A stretch of 41,693 nucleotides of DNA from positions 1 through 41,693 of the IMG/VR virus record IMGVR_UViG_3300049169_000066, one strand, 5' to 3'. The DNA comes from a virus. Lineage: Duplodnaviria > Caudoviricetes. The notes below the pieces were generated by a model, which worked only from the letters and a program-made list of their open reading frames with translations, was not told the origin of the DNA and made no database searches. A program made the position numbers and the translations under genes. Positions 7,995-16,237 of this stretch are shown here, piece after piece; position 1 is the stretch's first letter; every line of letters begins with the position of its first letter.

Positions 7995-8444
7995 GTGTCC
8001 CGCGCGAAGGCCAACCCGACCGGTAACCCTCGCGGAGCGGTCGACGTGACTCAGGCTCCCCGCGTCCACGAAGGCCGCGCTCCCCGCGTTCCCGCTTCGC
8101 TCGGCACGGTCGGTAAAGACGTGTGGCGCGAAGTGTGGAAGGCCGGCGAAGGTGCGTATCACCCGCAGACGGACCGTTACGTGATCGAGCGTTATTGCGC
8201 GCTCCACGATCGGCGCTCGGAGTTCCTTCGCGTTATCGAAGTCGACGGTCTGATGACGATCGGCAGTACCGGTCAGCCGGTACCGCATCCGCTACTTCGC
8301 CACGTCGATAGCACGGAACGAGAGATGCGCGCTATCGAAACGACGCTAGGTCTGAATCTGGAGTCTCGCCTTCGGCTCGGTATCGCCGCGTCTGCGATCA
8401 AACAGCAGACGCTAGCCGACCTGCTCGGAGACGACGACGATTGA
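7995..8444 (+). CDS. terS: terminase small subunit (P27-like)
   Basis: PASLGTVGKDVW, D..VIERYC, G.MTIGSTGQ...HPLL, LGL...SRLRL; precedes terL. Confidence 0.88.
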   Translation: MSRAKANPTGNPRGAVDVTQAPRVHEGRAPRVPASLGTVGKDVWREVWKAGEGAYHPQTDRYVIERYCALHDRRSEFLRVIEVDGLMTIGSTGQPVPHPLLRHVDSTEREMRAIETTLGLNLESRLRLGIAASAIKQQTLADLLGDDDD

Positions 8445-9949
8445 CGGAGGTGAGCCCTTTGACCTCACGGAATACGGGGCTCGCCTTCCGGACTGAGGGT
8501 CGACGCGTCCGGAAGTTCATCTCGCACCTGACCCTAGGTGGTAGCTACCTGGGTAAGCCGTTCCGGCTGCTCATGTGGCAGAAGCTTGTTATCGACGAGA
8601 TTTACAGGCTGAACGCTGACGGTAGCAGGAAGCATCGCACGGCCGTTCTCGGTATCGCCCGGAAAAATGGGAAGACGCAACTCGCGGCAGCGTTGGCGCT
8701 GTATCACCTCTGCGCCGATACCCGCGATACCGCTCCCGAAGTCGTGTGCGCCGCGAACACTCGTGACCAGGCAAGACTACTGTTCCGTGAAGCCGCGCGA
8801 ATGGTGCGGATGTCCCCGATCCTTCGGGAGATGTGCATGGTCCACCGCGACAGGATCACCTGTCACGCGACCGGCGGGACTTTCACCACGGTCAGCGCGG
8901 ACGCGGGTCTTCAGCAGGGTCTTAACCCGACGTTCGTCGTTGTCGACGAATACGCTCAGGCGAAGCACTCCGATTTGTTCGACGCGCTCACGCTGGGCTC
9001 GGCTCAGCGGAACGAGCCGCTCTTCCTCGTGATCAGCACCGCCGGTCCGCATCCTGACGGGCCTTTCGCGAAGCTGGTCGACCACGGTTTCCGTGTCGAG
9101 TCCGGAGAGGAAGACGACCCTTCGTTCTACTCGAAGTGGTTCGGTGTCCAGCCGGGGGAGGAAGTCGACCACACCGCCCCCGAAGTGTGGGAGCGTTGTA
9201 ACCCGAGCTGGGAGATCATGAATCACGCTGACTTCGCGTCGAGCGTGAAGCGGACTCCCCAGCCCAATTTTAGGATGTACCGGCTTAACCAGTTTGTTCG
9301 CGGTGGGAGCACGTGGCTCCCTCACGGCGCGTGGGAGAAGCTGAAGCGTCCGGAGATGCGCTTTCAGCCTCGCGACGAAATCGTGGTGGCTGTCGACTCG
9401 GCATGGCGGAACGACTCGACCGCGATCGTTGGCGTGAGGCTTGCCGATCTCCACGTTCAGCGGCTCGGCCACTGGGAAGCGAAGCTCGACGATCCGCATT
9501 GGCGTACGCCGATCTACGAAGTGATGGAACGCGTTCGGGAAGTCTGCCGCGCGTTCAACGTTCGTGAGGTCGCTTACGACCCTGCGTGGTTCAGCGTTCA
9601 GGCTCAAATGTTGGAAGACGAAGGTCTTCCGATGGTCGAGTTCCCGAACTCCGTGGCTCGCATGGTGCCCGCGACGCAAGCCGCGTACACGGCGATTGTC
9701 GACGGACTGATCACGCACGCGGATCAGCCGGAGCTTTCTCGGCATCTCGGTAACTGTGTCCTGAAGAGCGACAACCGGGGCGAGCGCATCACAAAGGAAT
9801 CGCCTACGTCGAAGCGTCACATCGACCTAGCGGTGGCCTTCGTGATGGCGCTGCATCGCGCTCAGCTCTACCGCGACTCGATGAAGTCCTATGACGGATT
9901 CATCACCAACGCGGACCCCTGGGACGAACTCGACGACGACACGTGGTGA
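8441..9949 (+). CDS. terL: terminase large subunit (cos type)
   Basis: Walker A ARKNGKT, Walker B VVVDE, ISTAG coupling motif, nuclease AVD...D and HIDLAVA. Confidence 0.96.
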   Translation: MTEVSPLTSRNTGLAFRTEGRRVRKFISHLTLGGSYLGKPFRLLMWQKLVIDEIYRLNADGSRKHRTAVLGIARKNGKTQLAAALALYHLCADTRDTAPEVVCAANTRDQARLLFREAARMVRMSPILREMCMVHRDRITCHATGGTFTTVSADAGLQQGLNPTFVVVDEYAQAKHSDLFDALTLGSAQRNEPLFLVISTAGPHPDGPFAKLVDHGFRVESGEEDDPSFYSKWFGVQPGEEVDHTAPEVWERCNPSWEIMNHADFASSVKRTPQPNFRMYRLNQFVRGGSTWLPHGAWEKLKRPEMRFQPRDEIVVAVDSAWRNDSTAIVGVRLADLHVQRLGHWEAKLDDPHWRTPIYEVMERVREVCRAFNVREVAYDPAWFSVQAQMLEDEGLPMVEFPNSVARMVPATQAAYTAIVDGLITHADQPELSRHLGNCVLKSDNRGERITKESPTSKRHIDLAVAFVMALHRAQLYRDSMKSYDGFITNADPWDELDDDTW

Positions 9950-9971
9950 GCCACAGAGAAAGGGGGCAGCC

Positions 9972-10229
9972 GTGACCGAAGGCAAGCCAACTCGAAAGGC
10001 GCGGCTGCTCGCTCTCTGGTTCGCCGTGTGGGACCAGGCCGTGAGCAGGTGGTACGACGTCCGCGACTGGGCCTCCCGAAACCTGGTCGAGCTGATCGCG
10101 GTCTTCGGCGGTTACCACCTGGTCGACGGAGCCGAAGCCATCTTCGCGCCGGCGGGCGACCTGCTCCGCGGGGCGCTGCTGATCGTGGCTGCCGTGTGCC
10201 TCGCGAAGTCGCGGGGAGGTAGCCGCTGA
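9972..10229 (+). CDS. small membrane protein between terL and portal
   Basis: GTG after an AAAGGGG SD; hydrophobic segments; stop overlaps the portal start. Confidence 0.65.
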   Translation: MTEGKPTRKARLLALWFAVWDQAVSRWYDVRDWASRNLVELIAVFGGYHLVDGAEAIFAPAGDLLRGALLIVAAVCLAKSRGGSR

Positions 10230-11608
10230 TGGGCTTCCTCTCGTTCATCGGCTCCAGCGAAGCCGAGTCCCGAGCCGAGCCGATCAATGCCCGTGAGGTC
10301 ACCGACACGAGCGGGCTCATGGGGTGGGTGACCGATCAGGACATCGGCCGCGAGCTGACCCCTGAAGGCGCGCTCGCACTGTCGGCCGTCTACGGCTCCG
10401 TTCGCATCCTCGCGGACACGCTCGCGACGACTCCGATCGACAGCTTCCGGCGCTCCGGGAAGCGGAGGCTTCCGCACGATCGGCCGTTCTGGCTCGATCA
10501 GCCCAACCCGGAGACGCGGAAGATCGAGTTCATCGTTTCCGTGATGACGAGCCTTCTGCTCGAAGGAAACGCATACATCCTAATTACCCGCGCACTCGGG
10601 AAGATCATCGCTCTTGACGTCATTCCCGCGTCGGCTGTCGAGCCGAAGTACGTGCGGACTGCTCGCGGTCGAAAGCTGGTCTTCGAGCTGTCGGTGACGG
10701 ACGAAGACGGCCGCATTCAGGTGGTCGGCGCGCTGGAGTCCACGGAGGTACTCCACATCAAGGGCGTCACGCTCGCCGGCTCGAACAAGGGCGTCTCGCC
10801 CCTGAAGGCCGCGCGGATGACGTTCTCTCTCGGGTTGGCCGCTCAGGAGTACGGAGCCGAGTTCTTCGAGCGTGGAGCCGTTCCCGGTGCCGTGATCACC
10901 GTTCCGGGAACCATGACGCCGGCCGGTCTCCGGGCAGCTCGGCAGACGTGGCGACAGATCCACGGGGGACGCGGGAACCGACACGGTCTCGCAATCCTCA
11001 CCGAAGACTCGAAGTTTCAGAAGATCACGGTCACCCCGGACGAAGCTCAGTTCCTACAGACCAGGGCCTTTCAGATTCCGGACGTGGCAAGGATCTTCGG
11101 CGTTCCTCCGCACCTGCTCGCGGACGCTTCGGGCTCGACGTCGTGGGGCTCCGGGCTCGCCGAGCAGAACACGGCCTTCGTTCAGTTCGCGATCCGCGCA
11201 TGGGCCGAGCGGCTCGAAGAGGCACTGACCACGCTCTTCCCGGAAGCCGACCGGAAGGCCGGAGCGTTCGTCCGGTTCAACCTTGACGGGCTGCTTCGGG
11301 GAGCGCTGAAAGAGCGCCTGGAGGCGTACCGCGTCGGTATCGCCAACTCGGTCTACACGCCCGACGAAGTGCGTGCGTGGGAAGACCTTCCCCCGGACCC
11401 GAGCGGGCTCGGCGCGTACCTCCGCGCTCAGACATCGCTCGCGATCCTCACGCCCGATGGGCCTTTGGTGCTCTCGGGCTCTGCCGCTCCCAGTCCACAA
11501 GAGACGGACGCGGACGACGACAGCGAAGCCACACAAGGAACCGCGAGTGGCGAGCAAGACGACGACGAAGCCTCCGACGAGAACGGGGGAGAAACGGAGG
11601 GCGAGTGA
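10229..11608 (+). CDS. HK97-type portal protein
   Basis: ALALSAVYGSVRIL, LLEGNAY, VLHIK, GVSPL, AQFLQTR, ARIFGVPPHL, TPDEVR; acidic tail. Confidence 0.95.
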   Translation: MGFLSFIGSSEAESRAEPINAREVTDTSGLMGWVTDQDIGRELTPEGALALSAVYGSVRILADTLATTPIDSFRRSGKRRLPHDRPFWLDQPNPETRKIEFIVSVMTSLLLEGNAYILITRALGKIIALDVIPASAVEPKYVRTARGRKLVFELSVTDEDGRIQVVGALESTEVLHIKGVTLAGSNKGVSPLKAARMTFSLGLAAQEYGAEFFERGAVPGAVITVPGTMTPAGLRAARQTWRQIHGGRGNRHGLAILTEDSKFQKITVTPDEAQFLQTRAFQIPDVARIFGVPPHLLADASGSTSWGSGLAEQNTAFVQFAIRAWAERLEEALTTLFPEADRKAGAFVRFNLDGLLRGALKERLEAYRVGIANSVYTPDEVRAWEDLPPDPSGLGAYLRAQTSLAILTPDGPLVLSGSAAPSPQETDADDDSEATQGTASGEQDDDEASDENGGETEGE

Positions 11609-13350
11609 CCGCCGAACGGCGCGACCTTACGTCTGAAGTCGAGATTCGCGCGACCGGCGACACGTTCGTTCTCCGGGGCTACGCGTACGTGTTCGACAAG
11701 CTGTCTCACGATCTCGGCGGCTTCCGCGAGCGCATCGAAAAGGGCGCAGGTCGGGAGGACATGGAGCGCGGCGAGCTGGTCGCCACGTTCAACCACAACG
11801 CGAGCGCACCACTCGGCCGCACTGGGTACGGGCTCCGGACCGGAGTCGACGACCACGGCGGTTGGTACGAAGTCGACCTTCCGAACACCACGGCCGGTCG
11901 CGACGTCGCCGAGCTGGTGAAGCGCCGCATCGTCCGCGGTTCGAGCTTCACGTTCCGACTGAAGGACGTCGAAGCCGACCAGGAATGGACTCGTGACGAA
12001 GCGACCGGGTTCCTGATCCGGACCGTCCGCGACTTCCACGTGGCCGAGCTAGGGCCGGTCACTTCTCCGGCTTACCCGGACACCACAGCTGCCAAGCGCT
12101 CCATTCCGGACGCGCTCCGCGAGCTGATCTCTCAGGAGCCCGCGCGGGTTCCTTCCGTCGAAGTAAAGGAGGGGACTCCCCCGATGACGTCCAACCTGAA
12201 GGACACCGCCGAAGAGCGCCTGAAGGCCGAGCACGCGCTTCAGGGTGCGGCCGATGCCGGCCGCTCCGACGTGGAGGCTCGCATTCTGGAGGTGCTCGAC
12301 CGGCTCGACACCCGGTACGCCGAGCAGGACGCCGAGCAGCGCGCCACCGCGAAGGCTGACGAGATCCGCTCCACGCTGCTGGAGCTGCTGGAGAAGCACC
12401 AGGTCTCCGGCTTCCTGCCGAAGGGTGCTGACGACGCGACTCAGCTCCGCGCGCTGACCCCCGGTCAGACGGCCGAGTTCCGCGCCGTGATGGGCGTCAA
12501 GGTCGACGCGACCAACGCTCAGGAGGGCATCGTTCGCCCGGAGAAGTCGCTTTTCGACTCTCTGATGGAGGTGATCGGCGAGCGGTCGAGCATCATCACC
12601 CGTGGCGCTCGGATCATCACCACGCGGTCGGGTGAAGTGATCGAGTTCCCGAAGGTCACGCCGACCCCGTCGACCGGTCGACCGACTGAGGCTGGCCCGA
12701 TCCCGGAGAACTACCCGGAGACGGACAAGGTCGAACTCGGAGTGGGGAAGTACGGTCACCTCACGTGGGTGTCGACCGAGCTGACCGAAGAGGACGCGGT
12801 CGGCCTGATCGACTTCCTCGTTCGCGACGCGGGTCCGAACATCGCGGACCAGATGAACCGCGACTTCATCGCGGCTCTGCTCGACCCGGTGAAGGGCATC
12901 GCGGGTTCTCTGCGCTTCGCCCCGGCGACCCTCGCGAGCGAAGTCGAGATCGGCGATCACATCATCGACGCGTTCTACTCGCTGCCTGCCGCGCTGTCCG
13001 GCCGCGCTACGTGGATGACCGGCCGGGAGACCGTGGCTCGTCTGCGGAAGATCAAGGACAGCGATGGTCGCTACTTCTTGAAGTCGATCGCTGACGGCGG
13101 TGGCCTGACCCTGCTCGACCGCCCGGTGGACGTCGACCCCGGTTTGGCCGGCGCGAACGCGAACAAGATCGTTCTGTCGGACCTGAGCGGCTTCACCGTT
13201 CGGTACGTCGGCAGCCTCCGCGTTGCTCGCTCGACCGATGCGAAGTTCGCCGACGACCAGGTGGGCTTCCGCTTCGTGCACCGTGCCGGCGGTGCGCTGC
13301 TCGACGCGACCGGCTCGGTTCTGCTGACCCTCCCCGTTGAGGCTCCCTGA
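11605..13350 (+). CDS. HK97-type prohead protease in frame with major capsid protein; capsid has its own start at 12184
   Basis: Protease motifs GYAYVF, FRERI, FNH, GSSF, ELGPVTSPAYPDT; no stop before the capsid region; AAGGAGG SD before ATG 12184. Confidence 0.9.
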   Translation: MTAERRDLTSEVEIRATGDTFVLRGYAYVFDKLSHDLGGFRERIEKGAGREDMERGELVATFNHNASAPLGRTGYGLRTGVDDHGGWYEVDLPNTTAGRDVAELVKRRIVRGSSFTFRLKDVEADQEWTRDEATGFLIRTVRDFHVAELGPVTSPAYPDTTAAKRSIPDALRELISQEPARVPSVEVKEGTPPMTSNLKDTAEERLKAEHALQGAADAGRSDVEARILEVLDRLDTRYAEQDAEQRATAKADEIRSTLLELLEKHQVSGFLPKGADDATQLRALTPGQTAEFRAVMGVKVDATNAQEGIVRPEKSLFDSLMEVIGERSSIITRGARIITTRSGEVIEFPKVTPTPSTGRPTEAGPIPENYPETDKVELGVGKYGHLTWVSTELTEEDAVGLIDFLVRDAGPNIADQMNRDFIAALLDPVKGIAGSLRFAPATLASEVEIGDHIIDAFYSLPAALSGRATWMTGRETVARLRKIKDSDGRYFLKSIADGGGLTLLDRPVDVDPGLAGANANKIVLSDLSGFTVRYVGSLRVARSTDAKFADDQVGFRFVHRAGGALLDATGSVLLTLPVEAP

Positions 13351-13367
13351 TTCGAAGTCACTTTCTT

Positions 13368-13405
13368 ATGGGCTAGCCACACAAGGAACTGTGTGGCTAG
13401 CCCAT
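13368..13405 (+). terminator. post-capsid hairpin containing an operator-A site
   Basis: ATGGGCTAGCCACACA-AGGAAC-TGTGTGGCTAGCCCAT, 16-bp perfect stem. Confidence 0.7.
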
Positions 13406-13432
13406 GGTGCTGCCCTGAAAGGAGGGATCGGC

Positions 13433-13795
13433 GTGGATCTCTACGCCACGATTCCCGAGCTTCGAAGGCTCGACGGGCTCGGCGACTCGGAACTGTTCAG
13501 CGACGACGACCTGACGTCCGCACGAGCCTTCGGCGTGGAGTCGGTCGAGCGATACACGGGTGTCTGCTGGTCCGTGGAGATGCCCCCTCCGGTCTCGATC
13601 CGGTGGGCCGTGCGGACGATCGCGCGTCAGTGGCTCGTCGACCTTCACTCCCGCGTCCCCGACCGTGCAACGAAGTTGGTCACGGAGTTCGGCGAAACGA
13701 CCTTCGCTCAGGCCGGCGGACCGTGGCGACCGACCAGCCTCCCCGAAGTGAACGCGGTGCTCGCTGGCTACCGCGAGCGCGCTCCGTTCGGCTGA
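13433..13795 (+). CDS. head-tail connector/adaptor
   Basis: YATIPELR start, VERYTG motif, position after capsid; GGAGG SD. Confidence 0.75.
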   Translation: MDLYATIPELRRLDGLGDSELFSDDDLTSARAFGVESVERYTGVCWSVEMPPPVSIRWAVRTIARQWLVDLHSRVPDRATKLVTEFGETTFAQAGGPWRPTSLPEVNAVLAGYRERAPFG

Positions 13796-13806
13796 GGGGA
13801 GCGCCC

Positions 13807-14253
13807 GTGTCTGTTGTGCTCGCCACAAAGGAAGCGGTCTTCGAAGCGCTGAAGGCTCGCTTCGCCGGGACTCCGGTCGCTGTCTCGTGGGCCGATCCGG
13901 GGAAGAACGCCCGGACGCAACACGTGTGGTTCACGGAGACCGTCGAGCCGGACCTGACCCCGCGAGCGATGGTCGCCGGTCGACGCAAGCCGACTCAGCT
14001 CGAAGCCGAGCTGACCGTTCGCGCGGTCTCGCAGTCACCAGGCGACCCCGTTCGCGCCGAGCGCTCCGTGTACGCGATCCGCGACCTGATCGAGAAGGCC
14101 GTTCTCGACGACATCGTTCCGAGCGCGGTTTCCCCGGAGCTGCAAGACGTTCGGCCGCTCCGCTCCGCGATCACGACCGGCGAGACCGGATCAGGGCAGC
14201 CGGCCGCTCAGTGCGACTTCGTTCTGAAGATCCGCGCTCACATCCGCTCTTAA
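13807..14253 (+). CDS. tail completion/terminator-like virion protein
   Basis: Size and position before the major tail gene; GAGGGG SD. Confidence 0.6.
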   Translation: MSVVLATKEAVFEALKARFAGTPVAVSWADPGKNARTQHVWFTETVEPDLTPRAMVAGRRKPTQLEAELTVRAVSQSPGDPVRAERSVYAIRDLIEKAVLDDIVPSAVSPELQDVRPLRSAITTGETGSGQPAAQCDFVLKIRAHIRS

Positions 14254-14265
14254 GGAGGTGCTGAA

Positions 14266-15285
14266 GTGGCGCTCGACGCTGCCATTTCCATTGGCGCTGA
14301 GACGGCTTACGGCGTCTCCGCAACCACGACGACCGGCTACGAAGGTCAGGCCGATTCGTGGAAGACCGCTCGCGAGTTCATCGAGTCGAACGGCTTCCGA
14401 GCCGGTCGGCAGACCATCGCGGCCAATCGTCGCCGGATCGTCGACATGGGCGGTGAAGGCGAGATCGAGCTAGACCTTCTCGACTCCGGGGCCGGCGCGC
14501 TGCTCCGCGCCTGCTGGGACGCGCTGACGGTCACGCCGGCGGTAGGGGAAGGGGCGAGCACGCTCGTCTACACGACTGCCCCGAAGCCGACCGGACCGAG
14601 CTTCACCTCTCAGATGGTCCGGCCGAAGGTCGACGGGGGCACGGTGGCGTATCGGCACGTCGGGTGTGTCGTCACCGAATGGGAGTTGGCTCAGGAGGTC
14701 GAAGAGCCCCTGAAGCTGACGGCGAGCTTCGACTTCCAAACGGTCAGCCACTCCGCGGCGCCGGTCGACGAACTCCCGATCGCGTACCCGGATGACGCGG
14801 TGGCGTACGACTGGACGCGCGGAACGGTCTACCTGTCCCGTAACGGGGTCGAAACTGCGGTGGCTGTCCTGAAGTGGTCGGTCAAGGCCGCGCGGGGGCT
14901 GAAGACCGATCGGCGAGCCGTGCGGTCGAACGCGCTGAAGCGGCTCCCGGTCCGCGCCGAAGTGCCCGTGTATGAAGGCGAACTCGAAGTGGAGTTCGAC
15001 AGCTCGACGCTGCCGCTCTATGAAGCCTTCATCGCGGGAGAGGTTCTCGGTCTCCGCGTCGCCTACACGGGCGTGACGGAGTCGGGGACTGGTACCGGCG
15101 CGTCGCTGGAGCTGGTCGCCCCTGCCGTCCAGTTCACCGGGGAGAGCCCCGAAAGCTCGCTCGACGACGTCTCGATGATGACCCTCCCGTTCCGCGTGCT
15201 CGACCCCGGTAGCGGCGACGACACGCTGAGGCTCACGTACGTGGAGCCGAGCGGCGACGACCCGACTACGCCGGCAGCCGAGTAA
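14266..15285 (+). CDS. major tail (tube) protein
   Basis: IGAETAYG N-terminal motif, YRHVGCVVTEWEL, beta-rich; strong AAGGAGG SD. Confidence 0.85.
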   Translation: MALDAAISIGAETAYGVSATTTTGYEGQADSWKTAREFIESNGFRAGRQTIAANRRRIVDMGGEGEIELDLLDSGAGALLRACWDALTVTPAVGEGASTLVYTTAPKPTGPSFTSQMVRPKVDGGTVAYRHVGCVVTEWELAQEVEEPLKLTASFDFQTVSHSAAPVDELPIAYPDDAVAYDWTRGTVYLSRNGVETAVAVLKWSVKAARGLKTDRRAVRSNALKRLPVRAEVPVYEGELEVEFDSSTLPLYEAFIAGEVLGLRVAYTGVTESGTGTGASLELVAPAVQFTGESPESSLDDVSMMTLPFRVLDPGSGDDTLRLTYVEPSGDDPTTPAAE

Positions 15286-15296
15286 GGCGAGCTGAT

Positions 15297-15337
15297 CCGG
15301 GGCTCTCTTGTGGTGCGCACACCAAAGGGAGCCCCGG
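15297..15337 (+). terminator. post-major-tail hairpin with operator B across its loop
   Basis: CCGGGGCTCTCTT-GTGGTGCGCACACCA-AAGGGAGCCCCGG. Confidence 0.65.
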
Positions 15338-15349
15338 TCAGGGGGCACC

Positions 15350-15745
15350 GTGGCAGACGACTTCCGCGTGACGGTCGAAGGACACCGCGAGTTGCGGAAA
15401 GCCATTCGACAGGTAGGCGACAAAGAGCTGACGAAAGGGCTGAAGGAAGCCCACAAAGAGACCGCGTCGATTGTGGTCCCTCCCGCGAGGCAGGAAGCGC
15501 CCGTTCGCTCCGGTCGCCTGTCCGCGTCGATCAAACCGAGTTCAACCGTGAAGGGCGCTGTCGTCCGAGCGGGTACCGCAAAGGGTGTCCCGTACGCGGC
15601 ACCGGTCCACTTCGGGTGGCCTAAGCGCGACATCCGCGCGAACAAGTTCCTCTTTGGTGCTGCCGGGAAGACCCGCGACACGTACCGCGCGGTCTTCGAA
15701 GAGCGCATCGCCGAGCTTGTTCGCCGATTCATTAATTCCGACTGA
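15350..15745 (+). CDS. HK97 gp10-like tail/neck protein
   Basis: V.VEG.REL, APVRSGRLSASI, YAAPVHFG, FL..A pattern. Confidence 0.8.
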   Translation: MADDFRVTVEGHRELRKAIRQVGDKELTKGLKEAHKETASIVVPPARQEAPVRSGRLSASIKPSSTVKGAVVRAGTAKGVPYAAPVHFGWPKRDIRANKFLFGAAGKTRDTYRAVFEERIAELVRRFINSD

Positions 15746-15754
15746 GGGAGACCC

Positions 15755-16066
15755 GTGTCCGATTCCGAGTACCTGAGCGTCGAGATCGACGATCTGACCG
15801 TGGGCGAGATCGACGAAATCGAAGAGATCATCGACGCGTCGATTGACTCCGTTGGTCAGCCCGGAGCCCGGAAGGGAAAGTTCCTCACCGCGATTGCCTT
15901 CGTGGTGAAGCGCCGCGAGGACCCGGCTTTCACGCTGGAGGACGCGCGGAACGTGAAGATCCGGCTCGACGAGAAGGCGAAGGTAGCCGGCCCTTTGGCC
16001 GAAACCGCCGAGCGCGTCGTTCCCAACAGGGCCGAGCGGCGAGAGCGGTCGCGAAAGCGCGGCTGA
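15755..16066 (+). CDS. tail assembly chaperone (short form)
   Basis: Acidic 103-aa ORF before the tape measure gene; contains slippery heptamers. Confidence 0.8.
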   Translation: MSDSEYLSVEIDDLTVGEIDEIEEIIDASIDSVGQPGARKGKFLTAIAFVVKRREDPAFTLEDARNVKIRLDEKAKVAGPLAETAERVVPNRAERRERSRKRG

Positions 16067-16227
16067 TCTCTCACTTCCGAGGGCTCGCCTGGTCCGACGT
16101 CAACGGGCTTCGGCTCGACGAATTCCGCGCGCTCGTGGAAGCGATGCAAGCGGATCAGAAGTCGCGTGCCCGTTCTCAGGGTCGCGGAGGGCAGCCGGGA
16201 GCGCGTCGCGAGCCGGTCATGAAGTAA
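15755..16227 (+). CDS. tail assembly chaperone, -1 frameshifted long form
   Basis: The -1 frame is open to TAA at 16225-16227; slippery C_CCT_TTG at 15991-15997 (also G_GGA_AAG at 15874-15880). Confidence 0.7.
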
Positions 16228-16237
16228 GGGGGTCGAG

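Noticed and set aside
11377-11604. N-terminal extension of the protease-capsid ORF, and similar extensions at 13393, 20461, 22126 and 27404
   Set aside because: They overlap real upstream genes; downstream starts have an SD or stop-start coupling
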